This document shows positions 37,403 to 46,485 of a stretch of 64,000 bases of DNA, piece after piece. The DNA comes from a virus (lineage: Duplodnaviria; Caudoviricetes), in IMG/VR virus record IMGVR_UViG_3300024346_000005, one strand, 5' to 3'. The stretch's first letter is position 1; every line of letters starts with the position of its first letter. Below the pieces are notes generated by a model. The model was not told the DNA's origin and ran no database searches. It saw only the letters and a list, made by a program, of their open reading frames with translations. A program made the translations under genes and the position numbers.

Positions 37403-38258
37403 TTCTAAAGAAGTGTTATCTAATTACGAAGATAATACTTTTCATAGTTGTATCACCGATCCCCCTTATGGAATGAATATGGACCATTGGGATCATTCAG
37501 TTCCTTCCGTAGACATCTGGGTTGAAGTGTTTCGCACACTTCGCCCAGGTGCTTTTTGCTTAGCATTTTGTTCTCCAGAACTTTATCATCGTCTGGCATG
37601 TAATGTAGAGGATGCTGGATTTAAAATTAAAGATCAAATTATGTGGATGACCACTACTAAAATGCCCAAACATAATAGATTAAAACCAGCACATGAACCA
37701 ATAGTAGTAGCACAAAAACCATATCAAGGAACACTTCAAAATAATTTTGAGAAGTGGGGATGTGGTTTAATTGATACTGAAAATACTAGAGTGCCATGGG
37801 ATAAGAAACCACCAACAGGTTGGGTAAAAGATGGTGCTAAACGTCGTACATTTGGACGTGATGGAAAAACTACAGGAACACAAGAAGAGTTTGGAACTGT
37901 AGATGCTAACCCTGCTGGTAGATATCCTTCTAATATCATTGGTGACGTATTACCAGAACATCAAAAATATTTTTATGCTCCTCGTGCCACAAGAAAAGAA
38001 AAAGGATCCGACAATGACCATCCTACAGTCAAACCAGTAGATTTGATGGCGTATCTTATCAAGATCTATTCTCCTATCAATTCTACGGTACTTGACCCGT
38101 TCGTTGGTAGTGGCAGCACAGGAGTTGCCGCCATTCGGGAAAATAGAAACTTTGTGGGTATAGATCTTAGTGAACACTATACAGAAATCGCAACCAAGCG
38201 GTGTGCAGACTGGGAACTGGCACAAGACCCTCAGAATCCCCTGCTGGATGCCCTATAA
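37371..38258 (+). CDS. N6A/N4C DNA methyltransferase, beta class
   Basis: DPPY near N-terminus, HPTVKP, DPFVGSGST near C-terminus. Confidence 0.92.
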   Translation: MNKTFSILLGDSKEVLSNYEDNTFHSCITDPPYGMNMDHWDHSVPSVDIWVEVFRTLRPGAFCLAFCSPELYHRLACNVEDAGFKIKDQIMWMTTTKMPKHNRLKPAHEPIVVAQKPYQGTLQNNFEKWGCGLIDTENTRVPWDKKPPTGWVKDGAKRRTFGRDGKTTGTQEEFGTVDANPAGRYPSNIIGDVLPEHQKYFYAPRATRKEKGSDNDHPTVKPVDLMAYLIKIYSPINSTVLDPFVGSGSTGVAAIRENRNFVGIDLSEHYTEIATKRCADWELAQDPQNPLLDAL

Positions 38259-38259
38259 T
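38215..38259 (+). promoter_or_regulatory. Promoter cassette (right direct repeat of R-M module)
   Basis: 42/45 identical to 36688 copy. Confidence 0.85.
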
Positions 38260-38281
38260 AACCTCATAAGCAAGCAAACCG

Positions 38282-38725
38282 ATGACGACCACCTTCGCTG
38301 ACTACGCTGCCGCCACAGAGGCACGGAAGAACATTGAACTTGCCGTTCTGAAGCACACTTGGGAACTTTGTGAGGCACTGCGTCAAAACTTCATTGATTA
38401 CAACATCAAGTCTCATGAATATGCCATTAAGAATAAGGATGAGTCTTATGTTCCTTATCATCAGGAATGTGTTGAAAAACTAAAGAATGGTGAATGTGAT
38501 TATGAGTTCATTATTGAGAGTGGTCGCAAGTATCACAAAATCATTATGAATGCTGCTGGTTCTCGCTCTGTTCATGCTTTTGTAGATAAGAAAACTGGAC
38601 AAATTTATAAAAGTGCCAGTTGGAAATCTCCTGCCAAAGGTGTTCGTTATGATTTGCGATTGATTGAGCAGCGTGAATGGTTGCTTGAGAATGCGGATTG
38701 GAGCGGGTCATATTTGTATAAGTAA
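38282..38725 (+). CDS. Hypothetical protein
   Basis: First ORF after cassette. Confidence 0.75.
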   Translation: MTTTFADYAAATEARKNIELAVLKHTWELCEALRQNFIDYNIKSHEYAIKNKDESYVPYHQECVEKLKNGECDYEFIIESGRKYHKIIMNAAGSRSVHAFVDKKTGQIYKSASWKSPAKGVRYDLRLIEQREWLLENADWSGSYLYK

Positions 38726-38777
38726 TCAAGACCCAATCATTCTGGTATAAATATAAGTAGTTATAAACCAATCAACT

Positions 38778-39278
38778 ATGAAACTTATACCAGGATATGA
38801 GGCATATAGTGTCACCGAAGACGGTGTAATCTATTCTCATAAAAAAACGGGAGGAATGGGAAAAGGAAAAGTCCTTGATTATTCTTACAAAAGAGAACTA
38901 AAACCACAAATTAACCACAAAGGATATATGAATGTTATTTTGGAACAAAATACTTCTAATGCTAGAACTATGATTATTCATAGGGCAGTAGCATTAGCAT
39001 ATATTCCAAATCCAAATAATTATGATACTGTAAATCATATTGATGAAAACAAAACAAACAATCACGTATCAAATCTTGAATGGATGAGTAATGCTGACAA
39101 CGTAGCATATTCACAAGCAAAAATCCGTTTGATTGAAACTCCAATTGGTGAAGTTATTGTTGTCTCTAATCTTACAAAATGGTGCCGTGAAGTTTTGGAA
39201 CTTAAATCCTCTGGAAATATGTTAAGGTCTCTGCGAAATCCTGGAACAACTTGTAAAGGTTACAAATTACTAAAATGA
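38778..39278 (+). CDS. HNH homing endonuclease (NUMOD4 + HNH)
   Basis: HRAVALAYIPNP...VNHIDENKTNNHVSNLEW...N; TATAAATA at 38746. Confidence 0.92.
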   Translation: MKLIPGYEAYSVTEDGVIYSHKKTGGMGKGKVLDYSYKRELKPQINHKGYMNVILEQNTSNARTMIIHRAVALAYIPNPNNYDTVNHIDENKTNNHVSNLEWMSNADNVAYSQAKIRLIETPIGEVIVVSNLTKWCREVLELKSSGNMLRSLRNPGTTCKGYKLLK

Positions 39279-39423
39279 TTAATTTTGTTGCTGGAACTAT
39301 CTTTGGTATTATTGCTGCAACGGTTGGATTTGGTCCAATCGCACAGGCACTTGATGGTGCCATGCTCGGTTTACAGAAACAAACATTACAAATGTCCGCT
39401 CCAAAACTTCCTCCTCCTTCACA

Positions 39424-39849
39424 ATGAAAAAACTTCTTCTCCTTCTTCCGCTAGTATTTCTGCCCGCACCAGTAATGGCACAACAGGTGAATCAATTTGG
39501 TGTCTGTACTCAATATCAGGAAGTTTATGTTCCTGGTGGTTATGACCAGTACGGAAACTACTATCCGGGTGGAGTTCAGACTCAATCCTATAATGTTCCT
39601 TGTAATCAGGTGAGTGGTGGTAACTGGAATCCCACTTATCAACGTCAGAGAGTTTGTAATCCTGCTGCTGGTGCTGCCGTTGGTTATGGACTAGCGACTG
39701 CCCTCTCAGGTCAAACAGGATACAACTACAATTCTAACTATACTCGCAACCGCAACTCTGGTAGTTACAACTATTCTTATGGAAATAAGAGAAGTAATTC
39801 GTGGGGTATTTTTGGTGCGGGTATTGGAGCACTAATGTTTGGTTGCTGA
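39424..39849 (+). CDS. Secreted/membrane hypothetical protein with Gly-zipper-like segments
   Basis: Signal peptide; GAAVG and GAGIGA motifs. Confidence 0.7.
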   Translation: MKKLLLLLPLVFLPAPVMAQQVNQFGVCTQYQEVYVPGGYDQYGNYYPGGVQTQSYNVPCNQVSGGNWNPTYQRQRVCNPAAGAAVGYGLATALSGQTGYNYNSNYTRNRNSGSYNYSYGNKRSNSWGIFGAGIGALMFGC

Positions 39850-39910
39850 TTATGACTACTAAAGACAAACTGATTTTCATCTCATCATTCATTTGGTTCT
39901 TACATTGGTC

Positions 39911-40390
39911 ATGCACTCTCTCATTGAAATTAGTGGATACGGTTATCGCAAGCGGACCTGTGAGGATGTTGCCTCTTGGTTTCTGAATAAGTTCCTTCCA
40001 CGACATAAAATCTATGTTCAGATTGTACATCGTGGATTGAGGCGTGAAGGTGTTTATGGTTGGTGTGATGTACTGGAAGGAACCTATCGCCCCAGAGACT
40101 TCATTATTGAACTGAATACCCATATGTGTGAAGAGTTGTATATAAAAACTCTTTTACACGAAATGACCCATCTGCGGCAGTGGGTAGTGGGTTCTCTCCG
40201 TCAGAAACGCGGAAAAATGTATTATGGTAAAGATTGTATGGAAGATTACGAATATTGGCATCAAGGGCATGAAATTGAGGCACGGGAGCAAGAAGAAACT
40301 CTATATGTTGAGTACTTAATTGATAAACAGGGTGTGCCAGCCCCCAAAGTGGCACAGTACTTCCCGAACCGCCTGTGTTCTGCCCTATAA
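39911..40390 (+). CDS. Zincin-like (HEXXH) metallopeptidase
   Basis: TLLHEMTHLRQW...EIEA. Confidence 0.7.
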   Translation: MHSLIEISGYGYRKRTCEDVASWFLNKFLPRHKIYVQIVHRGLRREGVYGWCDVLEGTYRPRDFIIELNTHMCEELYIKTLLHEMTHLRQWVVGSLRQKRGKMYYGKDCMEDYEYWHQGHEIEAREQEETLYVEYLIDKQGVPAPKVAQYFPNRLCSAL

Positions 40391-40391
40391 T
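40333..40391 (+). promoter_or_regulatory. Promoter cassette with perfect outer palindrome
   Basis: TGTGCCA-N10-TGGCACA-29 nt-TATAAT. Confidence 0.85.
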
Positions 40392-40416
40392 AACAAGGTA
40401 ATCAAGGAAACCACCA

Positions 40417-40623
40417 GTGACCCTCCCGACCTACAGCGCAATTCAGTTTAATGCCGAAGCAGAACATAAAGCGGCACTCTATGATGCCTGCCTGCTGATT
40501 GTGAATACTTATAATCAATCTGATATGCTTGATGGTTATTGTATTGAGAATTACAATGGCAATGTGACTGCATATGACTTTATGAAGTATGCTCGCAACA
40601 TTCTCAACCAAATTGCTAACTGA
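40417..40623 (+). CDS. Hypothetical protein
   Basis: First ORF after cassette. Confidence 0.65.
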   Translation: MTLPTYSAIQFNAEAEHKAALYDACLLIVNTYNQSDMLDGYCIENYNGNVTAYDFMKYARNILNQIAN

Positions 40624-40624
40624 A

Positions 40625-40855
40625 ATGACTGCAACCACACTTTCAAAAGAACTCATCAACGATTTTGTTGATTATGTGATGTCGTTCTATGGTTCTGATG
40701 GTATCTATCCTATGGGTGCCAATCGTACTGTGATTCGTAAGGCAACTAATGACATCATCAAGATTGCCAGAATCAAAGGTGAAAAGTTCTGTGGTGATAG
40801 TATTGACCGCGAACTTGTAAGAGACCTTCTCATTTCCAAGTACAATCTCAAGTAA
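40625..40855 (+). CDS. Hypothetical protein
   Basis: ATG 40625 in track ORF. Confidence 0.7.
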   Translation: MTATTLSKELINDFVDYVMSFYGSDGIYPMGANRTVIRKATNDIIKIARIKGEKFCGDSIDRELVRDLLISKYNLK

Positions 40856-40857
40856 TT

Positions 40858-41067
40858 ATGGCACTCTCTAATCAAACAATTAGCAATCTGGCAGATGCTC
40901 TGGTTCCTGAAGTGATTGATTACATCTATCTGGATGAGCGTTGGTGTGAATTTATGCAGGAGGTTGTTCCTGATGCTCTGAAAGACAAACTTGGAGAAAT
41001 TGATGAGGACTTGCAATTTGACCTTGCTATGTGTATAATGGACCGTATCTGCCTCAAAAAAGGATGA
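40858..41067 (+). CDS. Hypothetical protein
   Basis: ORF track. Confidence 0.7.
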   Translation: MALSNQTISNLADALVPEVIDYIYLDERWCEFMQEVVPDALKDKLGEIDEDLQFDLAMCIMDRICLKKG

Positions 41068-41224
41068 GGAACTTTAAAAAACAGCGGATTCTGCCCGCAC
41101 AGACCAAGCATAGTACCTAAGGAGTGAAAATCGCAAAAAATCAGGTTTTGACCCTAGTGTTTGTAAGGGTTCTGGGTGCCTCTCCAAGCACCGACCGCTT
41201 CCTATGGTATCCCAGACAGTCAAA

Positions 41225-41280
41225 ACCAATTTCCAAACTGGCCCAGCGGCACTGCTGTGGTGCTGGTAATGCCCTATAAT
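41225..41280 (+). promoter_or_regulatory. Promoter cassette
   Basis: ACCAATT-N4-AACTGGCCCA-29 nt-TATAAT. Confidence 0.75.
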
Positions 41281-41305
41281 AACAAGGTAATCAACGGAGC
41301 ACCAG

Positions 41306-41539
41306 ATGCAACTCACTTCCACCACCGGCACAATGGTTGTTGACTATTTCCCCGTTGCCGGTGATACACAGTTTATCTACAAGGTTCTCAAGTTTCAGGG
41401 TACTGACGTAATGAGCACCAAATGTATCACCAAAAGTGACTTTGAGCACGAGTGTGATGAGCGTATTGGTCTTGGTTATAAAGTGACCGGATTCAATACT
41501 CAACCTGCCAATGTCAATCCTATGATGGGTGCCTGCTGA
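41306..41539 (+). CDS. Hypothetical protein
   Basis: First ORF after cassette. Confidence 0.7.
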   Translation: MQLTSTTGTMVVDYFPVAGDTQFIYKVLKFQGTDVMSTKCITKSDFEHECDERIGLGYKVTGFNTQPANVNPMMGAC

Positions 41540-42008
41540 TGAAAGTTACTTACATTTTTCTTGCGTTTATTGGCATTCTAATGTATAATGCCGCAATTGC
41601 CAAACGCGATATAGAACTCTTCAAGGCATATGATACTGTATGTGCCTCACTTCCACAACCCCATCCTGATTGTCGTTACTCCAAATGAGTGAAGTTCTTT
41701 CTCCTCTCTGGTATAGTTATTATGCCATTATTCAGCAAGATTCTCCCGAACTGATTGATGAATATATTGAGAGCACTGCCGCAAAACTGGAACTGACGGT
41801 TGATTACTTTGTTGCGGAGTTTCTATGACTAATGAAATGAAGATTCTGCTGGCACTACGTCAGTTGGATAATATTATCAATTTGGTGAAGGGTAATCAAT
41901 GGGAGATGTTTTTTTCCCACAATCTGATTCCGGTAAGAATTGAACTTAGCCGCCAGTTGACTTGTCTACAACATTCTGCTAAAATAAAGGAGTAATCAAA
42001 CAAAAGAA

Positions 42009-42239
42009 ATGAAGTATTTGTATCTGATTGATTTTTGGGTTCCTTTTCCAAGTTCGGAATATGGTGGACTAATCAATCTAATTGCCGAAAATGACACCGA
42101 AGCATTTAGTATTTTGTCACAAGAAGAATCCTATGACGAAAGGTATGTGAATCTGATTATGCCAAATGTAGTCAGTGCTCAGAAATTCAAACTCTCGGAC
42201 GAGTACGAGTCCGGTATTATTGATTCATTTACAACCTAA
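42009..42239 (+). CDS. Hypothetical protein
   Basis: ORF track. Confidence 0.7.
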   Translation: MKYLYLIDFWVPFPSSEYGGLINLIAENDTEAFSILSQEESYDERYVNLIMPNVVSAQKFKLSDEYESGIIDSFTT

Positions 42240-42523
42240 TGATTCCCGAGTTTCCTCATAAGGCACCCACAAAAGAATATTCTTATGAGTACGAACAATT
42301 CAATACAAAAATAGTTCGTATTTGGTTGTGCTGTACTCGTAAGTTTGATTATAATCTGGGTGCTCCTACTAAAACTGTATGGGGATTCTATTCTCCAAAG
42401 AAAAGAGTCTATTATGCTCCGGTAAATTCTAAGACTCCTGGCAAAGAGGTAAATATAGAGAATACTACTTCTTATACTGCTATGCCACTCAAGAAAACTT
42501 CTTTGGAGATGTGTTTTGTATGA
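42239..42523 (+). CDS. Hypothetical protein
   Basis: TAATG coupling. Confidence 0.7.
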   Translation: MIPEFPHKAPTKEYSYEYEQFNTKIVRIWLCCTRKFDYNLGAPTKTVWGFYSPKKRVYYAPVNSKTPGKEVNIENTTSYTAMPLKKTSLEMCFV

Positions 42524-43029
42524 TGACATTTACCACAGGAATTCAAGTTGAATACAAAAACTGTAATGGGTTTATTGAATTTGTATCCGATGAATATGTC
42601 ACGGTTTGTATAGAAACCTATGATGATAAGTTCAGAAGTGTTTGTATGTTAGTTTATCCAAATGAATGGAAAAATATAGAAATTATTGGAGATTATGAAA
42701 CAGAAGCAAAGTAATTTATGGAAAATTATTGCGAAGTCTCTTGGGGAAAAGAGTGGTGATACGGATAAAGAATCGGACCAAATTGCGGTGGTTCGTCTGA
42801 TTGCGTTTCTTTCCATTTTTATTACAAACTCATTTATTGTGTATAATGCTCTTCGTACTCACCATTTTCCTAATTATGAAATACAGCGTTGTCTACCTCA
42901 AACCCAAGAAAAAGGGTCAGTTCAGTAAACAATCTGCGGTCTTCCTTGATGTTGAGAGTGCCTTTTTCTGGAAGAATATGGTAGAATCTCAGGGATGTAA
43001 ACAAATAGAAGTATTACCGGTATTTTGAT

Positions 43030-43416
43030 ATGACATTCTCTAAACCAGTATTAGCAACAGATAAAAAGAAAACTACCTTGAATTGGTGGGAGTATTGGAT
43101 TGGTCACTGCTGGATGACTGGATGGCAGAGCATTCGTGGAGCATTTCGTATCTGGGCAGACCTGATGGGTAGTAACTATGCGGATTATGCTTTGCCCAGA
43201 ACCGTAGAAGACCCAGAACAAGAATGTATTGAATGGTTCTGGGCAACTCTTGGTGAAGATGAGGTTTATCCCAAAGAGTTCCTTGAGTATCTATTACAAA
43301 TGTGTGCTGATATTGATAGTGGTAAAGTGGAGACATTTCCACTCACCGAAGATTTCTTTGATAGACTAAAAGACCTTGTTGAAGATGTTTACCTAGAAGA
43401 TGAAGACCTTACCTAA
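43030..43416 (+). CDS. Hypothetical Trp-rich protein
   Basis: ORF track. Confidence 0.7.
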   Translation: MTFSKPVLATDKKKTTLNWWEYWIGHCWMTGWQSIRGAFRIWADLMGSNYADYALPRTVEDPEQECIEWFWATLGEDEVYPKEFLEYLLQMCADIDSGKVETFPLTEDFFDRLKDLVEDVYLEDEDLT

Positions 43417-43459
43417 TGCTGTATAATGACCTTATGAACATCAACCCCACTGACTAATT

Positions 43460-43732
43460 ATGAGTTTCACTAAGACTATTTCTGCTTTTGCCGCACTCGC
43501 AAGTATCTTTGGTGTGAGTGTTGCTGGTTATAAACTTGCCGAAAGTTCTGCGAATACTCCTTCACCAATACTTGAGGAGAAGATTATTCAACTTGAGAAA
43601 CAACTGGAAGAAGTAAAAACACAAAAACCAGTTGTAGAAGTGGCACAACCACTACAACTACCAGCACCAGAACCTGTTATACTACCTCCAGTAACACCAC
43701 TTCCACCAGTAACGGAGACGACTAATGAGTAA
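43460..43732 (+). CDS. Membrane-anchored hypothetical protein
   Basis: N-terminal TM helix, coiled coil, Pro-rich tail. Confidence 0.7.
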   Translation: MSFTKTISAFAALASIFGVSVAGYKLAESSANTPSPILEEKIIQLEKQLEEVKTQKPVVEVAQPLQLPAPEPVILPPVTPLPPVTETTNE

Positions 43733-44084
43733 CCATCCAATCACCCCACCGCCGGAGTTGGTGAAACAGTGGATCAAAGAGTGCGACAACCCTGAAGAAC
43801 CTCGTTGGCAGGAGTATGAGCAAGACATCGCCACCCGCGCCGCCCGCTGGGGCGCCGACCAACAACTGGAAGCGTGTTGCGAACAACTAAAGAGCATCCC
43901 CAGTCCGCTTGGCATTCCGTTTGGAGAGATGGCGTCTAATGCACTCCGCAACGCCTGTCGCCCAGAACCACCATCCTTGAAGGAGCAGGCGTTAAGCGAA
44001 TTGAATCTAACTGCCGACCCCAACGGGGCAGAACTTTCACGAACCCAAGTTGAACTTATCCGTAAAGCACTGGAGTCATTATGA
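43725..44084 (+). CDS. Hypothetical protein, GC-rich
   Basis: Coupled ORF; visibly higher GC than neighbours. Confidence 0.75.
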   Translation: MSNHPITPPPELVKQWIKECDNPEEPRWQEYEQDIATRAARWGADQQLEACCEQLKSIPSPLGIPFGEMASNALRNACRPEPPSLKEQALSELNLTADPNGAELSRTQVELIRKALESL

Positions 44085-44335
44085 GATTTCGTAACATAGA
44101 ATTTAGGTGGAGCACCTATAACAAAAAGCACGAACTCGTCAAGTGGTATAAGTTAGAGGAGAGGAATTATTCTTATGTGATTGCTTTATTTGATAAAACC
44201 AACGAGGGTTACAATATGAGAACTATTGGTGATAGGTTCTTTGAGGACAAGGATGCTTGGGTGGTAGGAAAACACGCAATTGAGTTTCTAAATGCTATTT
44301 TTGAGATTGAAAGAATTGAAGAGGAACTGAAATGA
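44081..44335 (+). CDS. Hypothetical protein
   Basis: ATGA overlap. Confidence 0.7.
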   Translation: MRFRNIEFRWSTYNKKHELVKWYKLEERNYSYVIALFDKTNEGYNMRTIGDRFFEDKDAWVVGKHAIEFLNAIFEIERIEEELK

Positions 44336-44538
44336 CTAACACCGCATACCAAATCTGGGAAACATTCAAAGCAGAACTTACACAACCAGCAACAGATGAT
44401 ATGAAAGAAGCATTAGCATCTTCTATCCGTGTGATTTCTTCTATCATTCATAGAGATGGAGTTCTTGAAAATGAACCTTGGCATCTTCATATTGCTGATG
44501 AACTGAATGAATATGCTGATAATGTGGAGGCACTATGA
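44332..44538 (+). CDS. Hypothetical protein (LA.ELE family)
   Basis: ATGA overlap. Confidence 0.7.
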   Translation: MTNTAYQIWETFKAELTQPATDDMKEALASSIRVISSIIHRDGVLENEPWHLHIADELNEYADNVEAL

Positions 44539-44750
44539 CTGAAAGGGCAAAAAGAATTTATCGTGCTTGGGAAGATAAGTGGGTGGACAGTACACATCAC
44601 GAAGAACTTTCTCTTGCTGCTGCTATTCGTGAGATTGTGAATGAGTTTCAGTATTACCAGTGTTGTGAAGAAGAAGGTGTAGAAGATATGGTAGTTGATG
44701 CTCGGGTGCTTTATGACCTTGCTAATGAATTGGAGGAACTGAATGACTGA
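44535..44750 (+). CDS. Hypothetical protein (LA.ELE family)
   Basis: ATGA overlap. Confidence 0.7.
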   Translation: MTERAKRIYRAWEDKWVDSTHHEELSLAAAIREIVNEFQYYQCCEEEGVEDMVVDARVLYDLANELEELND

Positions 44751-45006
44751 CCTTTCCAGAAAGACTGAACCAAAATTGGAAAGTATTAAAGAAATCGCAG
44801 ATTATTTGAATCTAAAATATAAAACAAATCTTCTTTGGGCAAACTTCACAAGAGAAAAAAGAAATGATGAATGGTATAAGAAAAATACTCCAACTTCATC
44901 ACCCTTTGTAAATCAAAATGACGGACTAATGATTGACCTTTCCAGAAAGACTGAACCAAAATTGGAAAGTATTAAAGAAATCGCAGATTATTTGGAGGCA
45001 TTATGA
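44743..45006 (+). CDS. Hypothetical protein bounded by a 66-nt direct repeat
   Basis: DLSRKTEPKLESIKEIADYL occurs twice. Confidence 0.65.
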   Translation: MTDLSRKTEPKLESIKEIADYLNLKYKTNLLWANFTREKRNDEWYKKNTPTSSPFVNQNDGLMIDLSRKTEPKLESIKEIADYLEAL

Positions 45007-45233
45007 AACCAGTAAAAATCACAGCAGAAATCACACTCACTCCTGAAATGTTTAGTAGGTGGAATGAAGGCGACTTACCAGAAACTGAACTACAGTATCA
45101 TCACTTTATTGAGAAGGTACTCTATTGTAAGTTTGGTGCTTGGAAAGATATTGGTGGTTATGAGGACTTTATCAACAAAACAATTGATGATAATGGAAAC
45201 GGACTGAAACTGACTATTGAGGAACTGAAATGA
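45003..45233 (+). CDS. Hypothetical protein
   Basis: ATGA overlap. Confidence 0.7.
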   Translation: MKPVKITAEITLTPEMFSRWNEGDLPETELQYHHFIEKVLYCKFGAWKDIGGYEDFINKTIDDNGNGLKLTIEELK

Positions 45234-45457
45234 AACTCGTAGAAACGATTGAAAGGTGTGAGACCATACTATCTAAAAGATACGAATATATTAAACAAGA
45301 GTTAAATCATCCAGAAGAAAAACTTAAATTAGTTTTTAGTGATAATCATCGTAATGAATTAATTGATGAGAAAACTGAACTTTTTGAGATGTTGTATAAC
45401 TTGAACTTTATAAAATTTGAGAGTAATATTCAAGAACTTGATGAGGTATTGGAATGA
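45230..45457 (+). CDS. Hypothetical protein
   Basis: ATGA overlap. Confidence 0.7.
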   Translation: MKLVETIERCETILSKRYEYIKQELNHPEEKLKLVFSDNHRNELIDEKTELFEMLYNLNFIKFESNIQELDEVLE

Positions 45458-45807
45458 CTGACGACAAAAAACTTATAAAATATTTTAACCGAAGACTTAC
45501 TGATGAAGAATTAGATAATGAGTTACATTTGGATTTTTCACAATCAAAAAAAATAGAAGACCTAAAGTTTTCAAGAGAAACTCCAGCACCTTATATTCCT
45601 CCCACTTATACTCCAACTGTTCCAAGTGATTGCTCGGCAGAAAGAGCACAAGAGTTTTTGAATAAATTTCAAGAAGTCTATCTTGCTAGTGATGATGATA
45701 AGTATGTAATTGCTACTGTTATTCGTATGATTGTTTCTAGTCCCGATTTGGTTGATTTAACCGAAACTGATTTACTTGACCTTGCCGATAATATTTCAAA
45801 ATTATGA
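45454..45807 (+). CDS. Hypothetical protein
   Basis: ATGA overlap. Confidence 0.7.
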   Translation: MTDDKKLIKYFNRRLTDEELDNELHLDFSQSKKIEDLKFSRETPAPYIPPTYTPTVPSDCSAERAQEFLNKFQEVYLASDDDKYVIATVIRMIVSSPDLVDLTETDLLDLADNISKL

Positions 45808-46052
45808 GTAAATCCTACATTTCGTGTTACAATAATGAGACCAAAGAGTTAGAGCACGACGAACAACTACTCAATTCACTACAAGGAACTATGGCAACGA
45901 TTGACCCGTATTCAGTTAAAAAAGAAGCACTTGATGAGTATCGTATAGATACAATTGAGGAACGACTTACTCGTATTGAAGATAAAGTTGATTTACTCAT
46001 TTCTCAACTTAAAATAGAGTTTTATAAGAAAAATGACGGGACATCCAGATGA
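45804..46052 (+). CDS. Hypothetical protein
   Basis: ATGA overlap. Confidence 0.7.
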   Translation: MSKSYISCYNNETKELEHDEQLLNSLQGTMATIDPYSVKKEALDEYRIDTIEERLTRIEDKVDLLISQLKIEFYKKNDGTSR

Positions 46053-46218
46053 CATTATACTCACAAATCCCTCAAAGATGTTTGAGTATGAAAAACTAGC
46101 AAGAAATATTGATAATTGTGAGAATGTAGAGGAACTACAGATTTCACTCAAAGGTATGTTAAAGTTGTATATGAAACAACAAGAAGTAACGGCAGAAGTA
46201 TTAAAAATGAGAATGTAA
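46033..46218 (+). CDS. Hypothetical protein
   Basis: ORF track. Confidence 0.7.
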   Translation: MTGHPDDIILTNPSKMFEYEKLARNIDNCENVEELQISLKGMLKLYMKQQEVTAEVLKMRM

Positions 46219-46377
46219 TGAAAATTGATATTACAATAGAAGATTATGGTATAATTATAAATGCTCTACACTATTATAAGAAAGTAGAGAAGAAAGGAAA
46301 CTTTCAGCAGTATGATGACGAAAGAATTAATTCCTTGAGAGACAAACTCTCGCACCAAATTATATGGAACAAAATGA

Positions 46378-46485
46378 ATAAATAATGATGCTCTAATGTG
46401 TTCGCATCCATAAGAGTGGGAAGGGTGTCTTCGGGCACCTTTTCTTGTATAAATAGTATTGCGAACACAATTTAGAAGCAGAACT
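46378..46485 (+). ncRNA. Putative antisense small-RNA module (copy 3)
   Basis: ATAAATA, antisense arm 46389-46406, GGTGTC-TTCG-GGCACC terminator, TATAAATA 46448, target 46460-46480. Confidence 0.65.

Noticed and set aside
40333-40356. Cassette palindrome as an NtcA or CRP site
   Set aside because: It does not fit GTA-N8-TAC or TGTGA-N6-TCACA spacing.
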